Origin: Erysipelothrix sp.
GTDB lineage: Bacteria; Bacillota_I; Bacilli_A; Erysipelotrichales; Erysipelotrichaceae
Length of the DNA stretch: 64,000 nucleotides
Assembly: GCA_012735275.1 (NCBI GenBank)
Contig: JAAYHR010000026.1
Coordinates: 33,769 to 97,768, forward strand
Direction: 5' to 3'
Part shown: positions 9,450 through 18,947 of the stretch, piece after piece
Layout of the letters: each line of letters begins with the position of its first letter
Numbering within the stretch: the stretch's first letter is position 1
Translations under genes and position numbers: made by a program
The notes under the pieces: generated by a model
What the model saw: the letters and a program-made list of their open reading frames with translations, nothing else
What the model was told of the DNA's origin: nothing
Database searches by the model: none

Positions 9450-9734
9450 TTAGTCTTTTTTAATAATCATGAAACGAACGATGTTTTTGTTAATGTTCGT
9501 TAGACGATGTAATTCTGATACTGTGTCATTGTTACCTTCAAAATCAACAACAACATAATGCCCTTTTAACATGTGATCAATTGGGTATGCAAAACCACGA
9601 ATTCCCCAGTCATCTGTTTTAGTGACTGTTCCTCCGTTAATGTTGATTAACATTTCAATGTTAGTCATTTCAGTTTTACGCATATCTTCATCTAATGATG
9701 AGTTCACAATGTACATTACTTCATACTTACGCAT
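9450..9734 (-). CDS. rpsF: 30S ribosomal protein S6
   Basis: MRKYEVMYIV is the canonical S6 N-terminus. 94 aa, first gene of rpsF-ssb-rpsR. Confidence 0.95.
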   Translation of the reverse strand: MRKYEVMYIVNSSLDEDMRKTEMTNIEMLININGGTVTKTDDWGIRGFAYPIDHMLKGHYVVVDFEGNNDTVSELHRLTNINKNIVRFMIIKKD

Positions 9735-9744
9735 GTGCGTACAC

Positions 9745-9779
9745 CTCCTTCTGGTCTAATGGCTCTCTTGAGCAAGGAG
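9745..9779 (-). promoter_or_regulatory. 5' leader hairpin occluding the rpsF SD (possible S6:S18 autoregulatory leader)
   Basis: The minus-strand RNA CUCCUUGCUCAAGAGAGCCAUUAGACCAGAAGGAG pairs CUCCUU with AAGGAG, and AAGGAG is part of the SD GAAGGAGG. Confidence 0.3.
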
Positions 9780-9901
9780 TAAATATTGTTATATCCACTC
9801 GTTTTATTATTATACTATTATATCCTTTATTAGTAAAGGACTTTGGCTAATTACTTTATGGCAGATAAAAGGACACTTACGTGCCCTTTCTATTTTAAAA
9901 T

Positions 9902-11482
9902 TTACTTTATTACTTTAATAATTGATTCGTTCCAAACTGGATCTTTATCAACGCCTAGTAAGTCAGTTACTGTCGCAGCAATATTAGATAATCCTAATAA
10001 ACCATCTTTTAATTCAACATCTGCATTATAGATAACAAATGGAACTAAGTTAGTTGTATGACTTGTTTTTGGTGCATCAGCATCCGTTGGATTTTTCTTT
10101 TTCTCGAACATTTCTTCAGCATTACCGTGGTCTGCAGTAACAATTAAGATTGCATCGTTACGTTTAGCTGCTTCAATTAATCTACCAACTTGTAGATCGA
10201 CTGTTTCAACTGAGATTAAAGTTGCTAGGTATGATCCTGTATGTCCAACCATATCTCCACCTGGATAGTTAATTCTTAAGAAACCATAATCATTTGAATC
10301 AATTGCTTCAATTAATAAGTCAGTTGTTTCAGCTGCCTTCATCCATGGTCTTTGTTCAAATGGAACCATATCTGATTTAATTTCTACCCATGTTTCTAAT
10401 GCATCAGAAACTTTATTTAATTTGTTTCCATTCCAGAAGTATGTAACATGACCATATTTTTGTGTTTCGGAAATAGCATATTCATTAATACCTTCTTCAA
10501 CTAATCTTTCCGTTAAAGTGTTTGTAATATGTGGTGGTTGTACTAAGTAGTTCTCTGGTAAGTTTGTATCACCATCGTATTGTAGCATTCCAGCATAGAA
10601 TACTTTTGGTACACGGACACGATCGAACTTATCAAATTCTTCACCATAAGTGAATGCTTTTGACATTTCAATTGCACGGTCACCTCTAAAGTTAAAGAAT
10701 ACGATAGCATCATTGTCTTCAATTGTTCCTACTGGTTTACCATCTTCAACAATAACGAACTCTCTTAAGTCTTGATCATTAACGCCTAACTCTTCACGGT
10801 ATGTAGTGATTGCTTCACTTGCATTTGCAAATTCACGGCCCACTCCTAAAACATGTGCCTTCCATCCACGTTCAACCATATCCCAATCTGCATCATAACG
10901 GTCCATAGTGATGTACATTCTTCCACCACCTGATGCAATTCTAGCGTCAAAGTTTTCATCATTTAATTCTGCAAAAACTGCTTCTAATTTTTCAACATAT
11001 TCAAGTCCTGAAGTTTCAGGTACATCGCGTCCATCCATTAATGCATGTACACGAACTGTTTTAACGCCTGCTTCTTTTGCTCTTTTAACTAAGTCAATTA
11101 AGTGAGCGATGTTTGAGTGAATTCCACCGTCTGATAATAAGCCCATAAAATGTAATGTTGCATCAGCATCGATGTTAACTAACTCTTTCCAAGTATCGGT
11201 TTGATATAGTTCTCCAGAAGCTATCGATTCATTAACCAATTTAGATCCTTGGCTATAAATCTGACCTGAACCTAATGCATTATGGCCAACTTCTGAGTTA
11301 CCCATATCATCGTCAGATGGTAACCCAACTGCGGTACCATGTGCTTTTAATGTTGTATATGCTCCATTTTTAATCAAATACTCTAAGTTTGGCATGTGCG
11401 CATTTTTTACTGCATTACCTGCGGCATTGTCACTTAGGCCTACTCCATCCATAATTGCTAAAATTACTGGTCTTCTTTTCAT
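9902..11482 (-). CDS. gpmI: 2,3-bisphosphoglycerate-independent phosphoglycerate mutase
   Basis: 526 aa. Motifs ILAIMDGVG, GNSEVGH and ADHGNAE are diagnostic of iPGM. Confidence 0.9.
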   Translation of the reverse strand: MKRRPVILAIMDGVGLSDNAAGNAVKNAHMPNLEYLIKNGAYTTLKAHGTAVGLPSDDDMGNSEVGHNALGSGQIYSQGSKLVNESIASGELYQTDTWKELVNIDADATLHFMGLLSDGGIHSNIAHLIDLVKRAKEAGVKTVRVHALMDGRDVPETSGLEYVEKLEAVFAELNDENFDARIASGGGRMYITMDRYDADWDMVERGWKAHVLGVGREFANASEAITTYREELGVNDQDLREFVIVEDGKPVGTIEDNDAIVFFNFRGDRAIEMSKAFTYGEEFDKFDRVRVPKVFYAGMLQYDGDTNLPENYLVQPPHITNTLTERLVEEGINEYAISETQKYGHVTYFWNGNKLNKVSDALETWVEIKSDMVPFEQRPWMKAAETTDLLIEAIDSNDYGFLRINYPGGDMVGHTGSYLATLISVETVDLQVGRLIEAAKRNDAILIVTADHGNAEEMFEKKKNPTDADAPKTSHTTNLVPFVIYNADVELKDGLLGLSNIAATVTDLLGVDKDPVWNESIIKVIK

Positions 11483-11624
11483 ATTATACCTTCCTTTTTC
11501 TATATCTATTTAAAGATATTCCTACTATTATATTTTAACACTTTAATTTTAAAATTACATAATTTCTTAGACTTTGACAAATCAAACACCGCCTTTTTTG
11601 TTATAATAGGTAAGAGGTGTGAAT

Positions 11625-13109
11625 ATGAAAAAGATTGGTTTTGACAATGATAAATATTTTAGATTACAAAAAGAAAAAATCCAAGATAGGATTGAAATGT
11701 TTGATAATAAGCTTTATATGGAATTCGGAGGGAAACTTTTCGATGACTACCATGCGGAAAGAGTACTACCCGGCTTTCTAAAGAATAATAAAATAGAATT
11801 AATGAAACAGTTAAAGGATGATATTGAAATCGTAATTGCGATTAGTGCCCTAGATATTGAACATAATAAATTAAGAAACGATAATGATTTATCTTACGCA
11901 CAAGAAGTATTACGTTTAGCTGATGTTTTTAAGGACAACCACTTATATGTCGGATCAGTTGTTATTACACAATTTGATGGCCAAGACTCTTGTATTATCT
12001 TTAAAGAAAAACTTGAAAATTTAGGTATGAAAACTTACCTCCACTATCGTATTGAAGGTTATCCAACAAATATTCCACTTATACTTAGCGAAGATGGCTT
12101 TGGAAGAAATGACTACATTGAAACAAAAAGACCATTAGTAATGGTTACAGCACCTGGATCTGGATCAGGAAAGATGGCACTATGCTTATCACAACTATAT
12201 CAAGATTCAGTTAAAGGCTTGAAATCAGGTTATGCAAAATTTGAAACTTTCCCAGTATGGGATCTTCCAATTAACCACCCTGTCCAACTTGCTTATGAAG
12301 CAGCGACAGCTAACTTAAACGATGTAAATATTATCGACCCTTACCATGTACAGGCATATAATATTGTCGCAACATCATATAATCGTGATGCCGAAGTTTA
12401 TCCAGTGTTAAATTCCGTCTTTAAGCAAATTTATAGTAGTTCTCCATATAATTCGCCAACAGATATGGGAGTTAACGTTATTGGATCATGTATTATCGAC
12501 GATGAAGTCGTGAGACAAGCTGCTAATGATGAGATTATTCGCCGTTATATGACTGCGGTTGTTAACCATAAACGTAATAAGGAAACAATTGAGACAATTG
12601 AGAAGTTAGAAATGCTAATGAATCAATCAGAGATTTCAATTCAAGACCGTAAGGTTGTTGAGATTTCAAATGTTATGGCTAAAGAAACTGGAAAACCAGC
12701 TGTTGCATTACAACTAAGTGATGGCCGTATTGTTACTGGTAAAACATCTGACTTATTAGGAGCTGCATCAGCTTGTTTATTAAACTCACTAAAAGTATTA
12801 GCTGATATTGATGATGCCATTCCATTAATTTCATCAAATGTTATTAAGCCAGTTCAAAAACTTAAAGTTAATACTTTAGGTAACAAGAGCCCGCTACTAC
12901 ATATTGATGAAGTATTAATTATGTTATCAGTAGCAGCAAATGATAATGAGTATGCAAGAATAGCCCTTGATCAATTACCAAATTTATCAGCAACAGAGAT
13001 GCATTCTTCAGTTATCTTATCTTCAACTGATAAGAAAGTATTAAAAGAGTTGGAAATTAACTTAACAACTAACCCAACTTATCAACCAAACCGCTTATTT
13101 AGAAAATAA
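11625..13109 (+). CDS. DUF1846 (UPF0371) family protein
   Basis: About 494 aa. The N-terminus KIGFDNDKYFRLQKEKI...YMEFGGKLFDDYHAERVLPGF matches my memory of the UPF0371 family. ATG 11625 follows an AAGAGGTG SD; the track's GTG at 11619 overlaps that SD. Confidence 0.7.
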   Translation: MKKIGFDNDKYFRLQKEKIQDRIEMFDNKLYMEFGGKLFDDYHAERVLPGFLKNNKIELMKQLKDDIEIVIAISALDIEHNKLRNDNDLSYAQEVLRLADVFKDNHLYVGSVVITQFDGQDSCIIFKEKLENLGMKTYLHYRIEGYPTNIPLILSEDGFGRNDYIETKRPLVMVTAPGSGSGKMALCLSQLYQDSVKGLKSGYAKFETFPVWDLPINHPVQLAYEAATANLNDVNIIDPYHVQAYNIVATSYNRDAEVYPVLNSVFKQIYSSSPYNSPTDMGVNVIGSCIIDDEVVRQAANDEIIRRYMTAVVNHKRNKETIETIEKLEMLMNQSEISIQDRKVVEISNVMAKETGKPAVALQLSDGRIVTGKTSDLLGAASACLLNSLKVLADIDDAIPLISSNVIKPVQKLKVNTLGNKSPLLHIDEVLIMLSVAANDNEYARIALDQLPNLSATEMHSSVILSSTDKKVLKELEINLTTNPTYQPNRLFRK

Positions 13110-13119
13110 TTTATAACTA

Positions 13120-13148
13120 AAAAAAGGAGCAGCTAAGCTGCTCCTTTT
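13120..13148. terminator. bidirectional intrinsic terminator between the DUF1846 gene and gltX
   Basis: AAAAAGGAGCAGC-TAA-GCTGCTCCTTTT is a perfect 9-10 bp GC-rich stem flanked by an A-run and a T-run. It overlaps the gltX stop codon. Confidence 0.85.
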
Positions 13149-14583
13149 ATCTGTTTAAACGGTTAATAATTTCATCTTTTCCAACTAGTAGAATTGCATT
13201 TGCTAAGTCTGGTCCATGATCTGATCCAGTCGTTAAAGTTCTAGCTCCCATAAATAGTGGCTTACCTTTAATTCCTGTCTCTTTTTGAACATTTTTGATT
13301 GCTGCTTTAATATTTACAGCGTCCCATTCTTCAATAGCATTGATTTCATTTAATAAAGCTAATCTTACTGTTTCAGTAGTTTCTGCTTCATAGAATTCTT
13401 TTGCTGATTCTAAGACTGTGAAGTCTTCAAAGAATGGTTTAACTAATTCAACGATTTCTTCTCCGTATTGTAATTGGCTTTGGTATAATCCAATTAATAA
13501 ATTAATCCATTCATCAGTCTTATTGCTTGTATCATATTTAGCTTTAACAAATGGCACAACTAAAGCTTGGTAGTCTTCTGGACTTAATACTTGAATGTAT
13601 CTATTGTTCATCCACATTAGTTTATCTTTATCGAACATTGATGGTGATTTTGATAATCTGTTTTCATCAAAGATTTCGATTAAACGATCGTGTGAGAAGA
13701 TTTCTTCTTCATTACCTGGTGACCAACCTAATAGCGACATAAAGTTAACCATTGCATCTGGTAGGAAACCTGCTTCACGATATTGACTCATGAATTGCAT
13801 GATTGAGTTATCACGTTTTGAAAGTTTTTTACCTTCGCTGTTTACAATTAATGTCATATGTCCGAAAGTTGGTGTTTCCCAATCTAACATTCTAAAGACC
13901 ATCATTTGTCTTGGTGTATTACTTAAGTGTTCTTCACCACGGAAGACATGTGTAATATCCATTAAGTGATCATCAATTACAACCGCAAAGTTGTAAGTTG
14001 GAATACCATTTGTTTTTCTAATTACCCAGTCACCAATATCTTTTGATTCGAATGTAACTTCGCCTCTGATCATATCTTTGAATGTGTAAGTTTCTGCATC
14101 AGGTACTCTTAATCTAACCATGAATGGTTTTTCTGCTGCTTCATTTGCAGCAATTTCGTCAGCACTTAAGTGTAAACATTTACGGCTATAACGAGTTGAA
14201 GGATGACCAGCAGCTTTTTGTGCTTCATAGTCAGCTTCTAACTCTTCACTTGTACAGTAGCATTTGTATGCATGTTTAGCTTCAAGTAATTCTTCAACAT
14301 AGACATTATAAATATCTAGTCTTTCCATTTGACGATAAGGAGCATACTTTGGATTAGGTAGGTGTGGAGCCTCGTCTGGCATAATATTTAGCCATTCTAA
14401 GTACTCTAACTGTGATTCTTCACCACCCTCCACATTACGTTCAATATCTGTGTCTTCAATTCTTAATATAAAATCTCCACCATGGTGTTTGGCGAACAGA
14501 TAGTTAAATAGGGCTGTTCTAGCATTCCCTATGTGTAGGTGTCCAGTTGGACTTGGTGCATATCTTACTCTAACTCTTTTCAT
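13147..14583 (-). CDS. gltX: glutamate--tRNA ligase
   Basis: [25 protein letters not shown] (HIGH motif) and KLSKR (KMSKS motif). 478 aa. Confidence 0.95.
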   Translation of the reverse strand: MKRVRVRYAPSPTGHLHIGNARTALFNYLFAKHHGGDFILRIEDTDIERNVEGGEESQLEYLEWLNIMPDEAPHLPNPKYAPYRQMERLDIYNVYVEELLEAKHAYKCYCTSEELEADYEAQKAAGHPSTRYSRKCLHLSADEIAANEAAEKPFMVRLRVPDAETYTFKDMIRGEVTFESKDIGDWVIRKTNGIPTYNFAVVIDDHLMDITHVFRGEEHLSNTPRQMMVFRMLDWETPTFGHMTLIVNSEGKKLSKRDNSIMQFMSQYREAGFLPDAMVNFMSLLGWSPGNEEEIFSHDRLIEIFDENRLSKSPSMFDKDKLMWMNNRYIQVLSPEDYQALVVPFVKAKYDTSNKTDEWINLLIGLYQSQLQYGEEIVELVKPFFEDFTVLESAKEFYEAETTETVRLALLNEINAIEEWDAVNIKAAIKNVQKETGIKGKPLFMGARTLTTGSDHGPDLANAILLVGKDEIINRLNR

Positions 14584-14648
14584 GTAATACTCCTCTTTCT
14601 TATTATTATTTTATCTTATCTAAGCACAAAACGGATTTTACAATCCGT

Positions 14649-14972
14649 TTATAGTTTTAGAAATTGTTCAACATCAAGTACAAATATTGTAGCTCCCCCA
14701 ACTTCAACTTCAACTGGGAATGATGCGAATCTTCCTAAATCATAAGATGCAGATGATGGCACTACTTCAACACGTTTTTTACTTTCTTGACCAATTAACT
14801 CAATTACGTTATCGACATTTTCTGTTTCAGTACCCACGATAATTGTCGTGTTTCCTGCTTTTAAAAATCCGCCAGTGGTTGCTAAACGAGTAACTGAGTA
14901 GTTTTCTTTAGTCAGTAGCGTTGTAACGTTTTGACTGTCATCGTTTGAAACGATTGCTAATATTAATTTCAT
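14649..14972 (-). CDS. darA: PII-like cyclic-di-AMP receptor DarA/PstA (YaaQ, DUF970)
   Basis: 107 aa. MKLILAIV...TRLATTGGFLKAGNTT...PVEVEVGGATIFVL aligns almost residue for residue with B. subtilis YaaQ as I recall it. Confidence 0.85.
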   Translation of the reverse strand: MKLILAIVSNDDSQNVTTLLTKENYSVTRLATTGGFLKAGNTTIIVGTETENVDNVIELIGQESKKRVEVVPSSASYDLGRFASFPVEVEVGGATIFVLDVEQFLKL

Positions 14973-15009
14973 TGTAATTCCACCTTTCTTACAACTTTAT
15001 TTTACCATA

Positions 15010-16110
15010 CTATACATTAAATCTAAATAGGATAATATCTCCGTCTTCAACAACGTATTCTTTTCCTTCTGAACGTAAACGTCCAGCATTCTTAATTTCT
15101 AATTCACTACCGTAAGTAATTAGATCTTCATACGAGTAAATCTCAGCACGGATAAATCCTCTTTCAAAGTCTGAGTGAATTACACCCGCTGCTTCTGGTG
15201 CCTTAGCTCCAGCTCTAAATGTCCAAGCTCTAACTTCTTTTTCTCCGGCAGTAAAGTAAGTTCTTAAATCTAATAGTTTATATGTTGAACGAATTACACG
15301 ATCTAATCCACTCTCATTAATACCTAATTCTTCAAAGAACATTGCTTTATCTTCATCGTCCATATCCATTAAATCTTCTTCAGTCTTAGCTGAAATTGGA
15401 ATTACGTCTGAATTTTCGTTTTTAGCATATTCAACGACTAAGTTATAATATGCATTATCTTCTGGGCTTCCAACTTCTTCATCACTCATATTCGCAATAT
15501 ATAATACTGGCTTATAAGTTAATAAATGGAATCCTTTAGCGATTTTCTTTTCATCTTCATTTAATTCTAAGTTTCTAATTAAAACGTTATCTTCAAGTGA
15601 ATCTCTAAATCTTTCTAATAAATTATTTTCAGCTACAGCATCTTTATCTTTTGATTTAACTTTTGATTTTAAACGTCCAATTCTATTTTCAATTGATTGT
15701 AAGTCCGCAAAAATTAATTCTAAGTTGATAATTTCGATATCTCTAATTGGATCTACCGAATCTGCAACGTGTGTAATTTGCTCATCATCAAAACATCTAA
15801 CTACATGACAAATTGCATCTACTTCACGAATGTGTGATAAGAATCTATTTCCTAGACCCTCACCTTTACTTGCACCTTCAACTAATCCCGCAATATCGAT
15901 AAATTCGAATGTTGTCGGAATTACTTTTTGTGGTTGAATTCTTTTAGTTATTTCATTTAATCTTAAGTCAGGTACTTCAACTACACCAACATTTGGATCA
16001 ATTGTCGCAAATGGGTAGTTAGCCGCCTCTACTTTAGATTTTGTTATTGCATTAAATAAAGTTGATTTTCCAACATTTGGTAAACCAACGATTCCAGCTA
16101 ATAAAGACAT
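15010..16110 (-). CDS. ychF: redox-regulated ATPase YchF (OLA1 family)
   Basis: GIVGLPNVGKSTLFNA G1 motif and a C-terminal TGS-like GKEYVVEDGDI..FRFNV. 366 aa. Confidence 0.95.
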   Translation of the reverse strand: MSLLAGIVGLPNVGKSTLFNAITKSKVEAANYPFATIDPNVGVVEVPDLRLNEITKRIQPQKVIPTTFEFIDIAGLVEGASKGEGLGNRFLSHIREVDAICHVVRCFDDEQITHVADSVDPIRDIEIINLELIFADLQSIENRIGRLKSKVKSKDKDAVAENNLLERFRDSLEDNVLIRNLELNEDEKKIAKGFHLLTYKPVLYIANMSDEEVGSPEDNAYYNLVVEYAKNENSDVIPISAKTEEDLMDMDDEDKAMFFEELGINESGLDRVIRSTYKLLDLRTYFTAGEKEVRAWTFRAGAKAPEAAGVIHSDFERGFIRAEIYSYEDLITYGSELEIKNAGRLRSEGKEYVVEDGDIILFRFNV

Positions 16111-16144
16111 ATTCTCATCTCCAGTTTCTATTAACGTTTATATA

Positions 16145-16357
16145 TTATAACACATTTATAGTTGCTTTTTCTTCAGCGCTTAAGACCTTTTTCAGGCGCT
16201 TCTCGAAATATGGACGTTCTAGCATAATAACTGCACCACATCCAAGGCATTTAATCTTAATATCGACACCCATACGAATAATTTCCCAATAGATTGATTT
16301 GCGACAAGGGTGTTGTTTTTTCATTTCGACAATATCATTTAAGTTATAGTTATCCAC
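16145..16357 (-). CDS. DUF951 family protein (YyzM-like)
   Basis: 70 aa with a CxxxxxxxxxxxxCxxC-type zinc-ribbon-like pattern (HPC...KCLGCG). Sits next to ychF as yyzM does in Bacillus. Confidence 0.65.
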   Translation of the reverse strand: MDNYNLNDIVEMKKQHPCRKSIYWEIIRMGVDIKIKCLGCGAVIMLERPYFEKRLKKVLSAEEKATINVL

Positions 16358-17192
16358 AAAATTCTCCTTTATATGCTCTCAATGTATTTTGAAGTAGCAT
16401 GGCAATCGTCATTGGCCCTACTCCTTTTGGTACTGGACTAATCATTGATACTCTATCAATTACTTGATCAAAGTCCACATCACCAGACAATTTATTATTT
16501 TCATCACGCGATATTCCAACGTCAATTACGATTGCACCATCTTTTACATATTCATTATTTATAAATTTACTCTGGCCAATTGCGACTATTAGTAAATCTG
16601 CTTGCGCTGTAATTGATTTAAGATCTTTAGTCTTACTGTGACATAGTGTAACTGTCGCGTCTTTTTCAGTTAACATTCTTGATAATGGTAATCCAACTAA
16701 GTTACTTCTTCCAACGACTACCGCATTTATACCTTCAAGTTCAACTTCCATAGCTTCTAACATATACATAATACCTTGTGGTGTACATGGATTTAGTAAT
16801 GGTTCGCCTCGAAAGAGACGACCGGCATTGTAGTATGTAAATCCATCGACATCTTTTTCAACTGAAACTTCATTGACAATTTTTACTACATCTAAATGAT
16901 CTGGAAGTGGTAATTGAACGATAATTCCATTAACATCATGATCATTATTTAAGATTTTAATTGCTTCAATAACCTGTGCTTCTTTAGTATCGGCTGGAAA
17001 TCTAATTACATCAACTTCAATCCCGACTCTTGATCCGGCTTTTATCTTACCGCGAACATAAGCTTCACTGGCAAAGTCTTCCCCAACTAAAATAACCGAT
17101 AAATTCGGCTTCTTATCTAATTTTTCTACTTCTTCTTTAATTTTATCTGTAATTGTTTTTGCGATTTGGTCGCCTTTTATTATTTGTGCCAT
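16350..17192 (-). CDS. folD: bifunctional 5,10-methylene-THF dehydrogenase/cyclohydrolase
   Basis: 280 aa. Motifs GIIVQLPLP, VVVGRSNLVG.P and PVPKGVGPMT. Confidence 0.92.
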   Translation of the reverse strand: MAQIIKGDQIAKTITDKIKEEVEKLDKKPNLSVILVGEDFASEAYVRGKIKAGSRVGIEVDVIRFPADTKEAQVIEAIKILNNDHDVNGIIVQLPLPDHLDVVKIVNEVSVEKDVDGFTYYNAGRLFRGEPLLNPCTPQGIMYMLEAMEVELEGINAVVVGRSNLVGLPLSRMLTEKDATVTLCHSKTKDLKSITAQADLLIVAIGQSKFINNEYVKDGAIVIDVGISRDENNKLSGDVDFDQVIDRVSMISPVPKGVGPMTIAMLLQNTLRAYKGEFCG

Positions 17193-17638
17193 TGATATTC
17201 CTCACTATCTAGCATTATTGTGAATGGACCATCATTTTCTAACTGGACTTTCATATCCGCTTGAAATACTCCTGGTTTAACGGGAATATGCTCATTAAGT
17301 TTCTCATTGAAGTAAGCATAAAACTTACTTGCATCTTCACTGTTTGATGATTTTGTAAAACTAGGACGTCTACCTTTTGCTGTTGATGCGTAAAGTGTAA
17401 ACTGAGAAATTGAAAGTACCTCTAAATCTTTCGACAAGATTGAATTATTTGTTTTTCCACTCTCGTCTTCTAATATTCTTAAATTAACTAACTTCTCAAT
17501 CATTTTATCCACAATGGCATAAGTATCATTATTTGCAAAACCAACAAACAATACTAGCCCTTCTGCTATACTATTATACACTTTACCATCTATTTTAACA
17601 CTGGCCTTATTCACTTTTTGAAGTAGAATTCTCATCAT
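17180..17638 (-). CDS. dtd: D-aminoacyl-tRNA deacylase
   Basis: MRILLQKV...SQFTLYA...GRRPSF...GVF.ADM.V.L.NDGP.T is the canonical Dtd pattern. Confidence 0.9.
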   Translation of the reverse strand: MMRILLQKVNKASVKIDGKVYNSIAEGLVLFVGFANNDTYAIVDKMIEKLVNLRILEDESGKTNNSILSKDLEVLSISQFTLYASTAKGRRPSFTKSSNSEDASKFYAYFNEKLNEHIPVKPGVFQADMKVQLENDGPFTIMLDSEEYQWHK

Positions 17639-17696
17639 ATCACCCTTACCTACAATAATTTAGCAAACAATGATAAAATAGTAAAGAGGTATAAAC

Positions 17697-18944
17697 ATGA
17701 AAACACCATTAGCACATAAATTAAGACCAACAAAATTAGACCATGTCATTGGACAGGAGCATCTAACCGGAAGCGGACAAATCATACGCCAAATGGTAGA
17801 AAAAGATGCTCTATTTTCAATGATCCTATATGGAAATCCCGGAACTGGAAAAACGACACTCGCAACCGTCATTGCCCAAGAGTTAAAGCGACCATTTAGA
17901 ATGTTCAATGCCGTAATCGGCAGTAAGAAAGATTTAGTCGCTATCTTTGAAGAAGGAAAACTCTCAAATGGATTAATTGTTATCGTTGAAGAGATTCACC
18001 GCCTAAATAAAGATAAGCAAGATCTCTTACTCCCGCACTTGGAAGATGGGACAATTACCGTTATCGGGACAACAACGTCCAATCCTTATTTCGCAATCAA
18101 CCCAGCTATTAGATCAAGAGTTCATCTCTTTGAAATCTTACCAATTGAAGCAAATGATCTAACCCAAGCCTTACGTAAGATTGCCGATAGTGAAGATTTC
18201 AATAATATTGAAGTTGATAATGATGCATTAGAATTGATAACGCAACACTCAGGTGGAGATATGCGTACAGCCCTAAATATCTTAGAATTATGCTTAATCG
18301 CTGGAAAACATATTACAAGAGAGATGGTTCAGGCCTTCTCAAAACAGCCTTCACTTGATATTGATAGTGATGGTGATGGACATTATGATGTATTAAGTGG
18401 ATTACAAAAATCAATTAGAGGTAGTGATGTTGATGCTGCCCTCTATTACTTAGCTAAATTAATCTTAGCTGGTGATCAACAATCAATTGAAAGACGTTTG
18501 ATCGCAATTGCCTATGAAGATATTGGACTAGGAAACCCGGCAGCTGTGGCTCGAACACTTGAAGCTGTGTCTGCATCAAATCAGTTAGGCTTACCGGAAG
18601 CCAAGTTACCACTCAGTGTGGCGGTAGTTGACTTAGCCCTATCACCTAAATCTAAATCAGCTGCGGAAGCAATTGATCGAACTATTGACTATGTAAGAAA
18701 TAATCCGCATCAAATGCCCGATTATATTAAATATACACCCGTTAATTTAGAAGATGAAGATAAATATCCTTACGATCGACCTGATCTATGGCATAAAATC
18801 CAATATATGCCCCATCCAATACGAGATAAACAGTTCTATGTTCCTTGGAACTCAGGTAATTATGAAGCCCAGTTAGCAAAAAACTATAAAGAACTTAAAA
18901 AACAAAGTCGTACCAATAAAATCAAACAATTAAAAAACCAATGA
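17697..18944 (+). CDS. rarA: replication-associated recombination protein A (MgsA/RarA AAA+ ATPase)
   Basis: PLAHKLRPTKLD...GQEHL, Walker A GNPGTGKTT and the C-terminal MgsA_C pattern HYDV.S...KS.RGSD.DAALYYLA. Confidence 0.92.
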   Translation: MKTPLAHKLRPTKLDHVIGQEHLTGSGQIIRQMVEKDALFSMILYGNPGTGKTTLATVIAQELKRPFRMFNAVIGSKKDLVAIFEEGKLSNGLIVIVEEIHRLNKDKQDLLLPHLEDGTITVIGTTTSNPYFAINPAIRSRVHLFEILPIEANDLTQALRKIADSEDFNNIEVDNDALELITQHSGGDMRTALNILELCLIAGKHITREMVQAFSKQPSLDIDSDGDGHYDVLSGLQKSIRGSDVDAALYYLAKLILAGDQQSIERRLIAIAYEDIGLGNPAAVARTLEAVSASNQLGLPEAKLPLSVAVVDLALSPKSKSAAEAIDRTIDYVRNNPHQMPDYIKYTPVNLEDEDKYPYDRPDLWHKIQYMPHPIRDKQFYVPWNSGNYEAQLAKNYKELKKQSRTNKIKQLKNQ

Positions 18945-18947
18945 TAC

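Noticed and set aside
11483-11618. A TTGACA at 11573-11578 as the promoter of the DUF1846 gene.
   Set aside because: The spacing to the only good -10 element (TATAAT within TGTTATAAT) is about 22 nt, which is too long for a canonical sigma-A promoter. An extended -10 promoter (TGnTATAAT) is possible, but I could not support it well enough to list it.
17660-17908. 82-aa minus-strand ORF overlapping the 5' end of rarA.
   Set aside because: It overlaps the Walker A region of rarA in antisense. It has no SD and no recognisable family, and the dtd-rarA intergenic region is already explained by divergent promoters.
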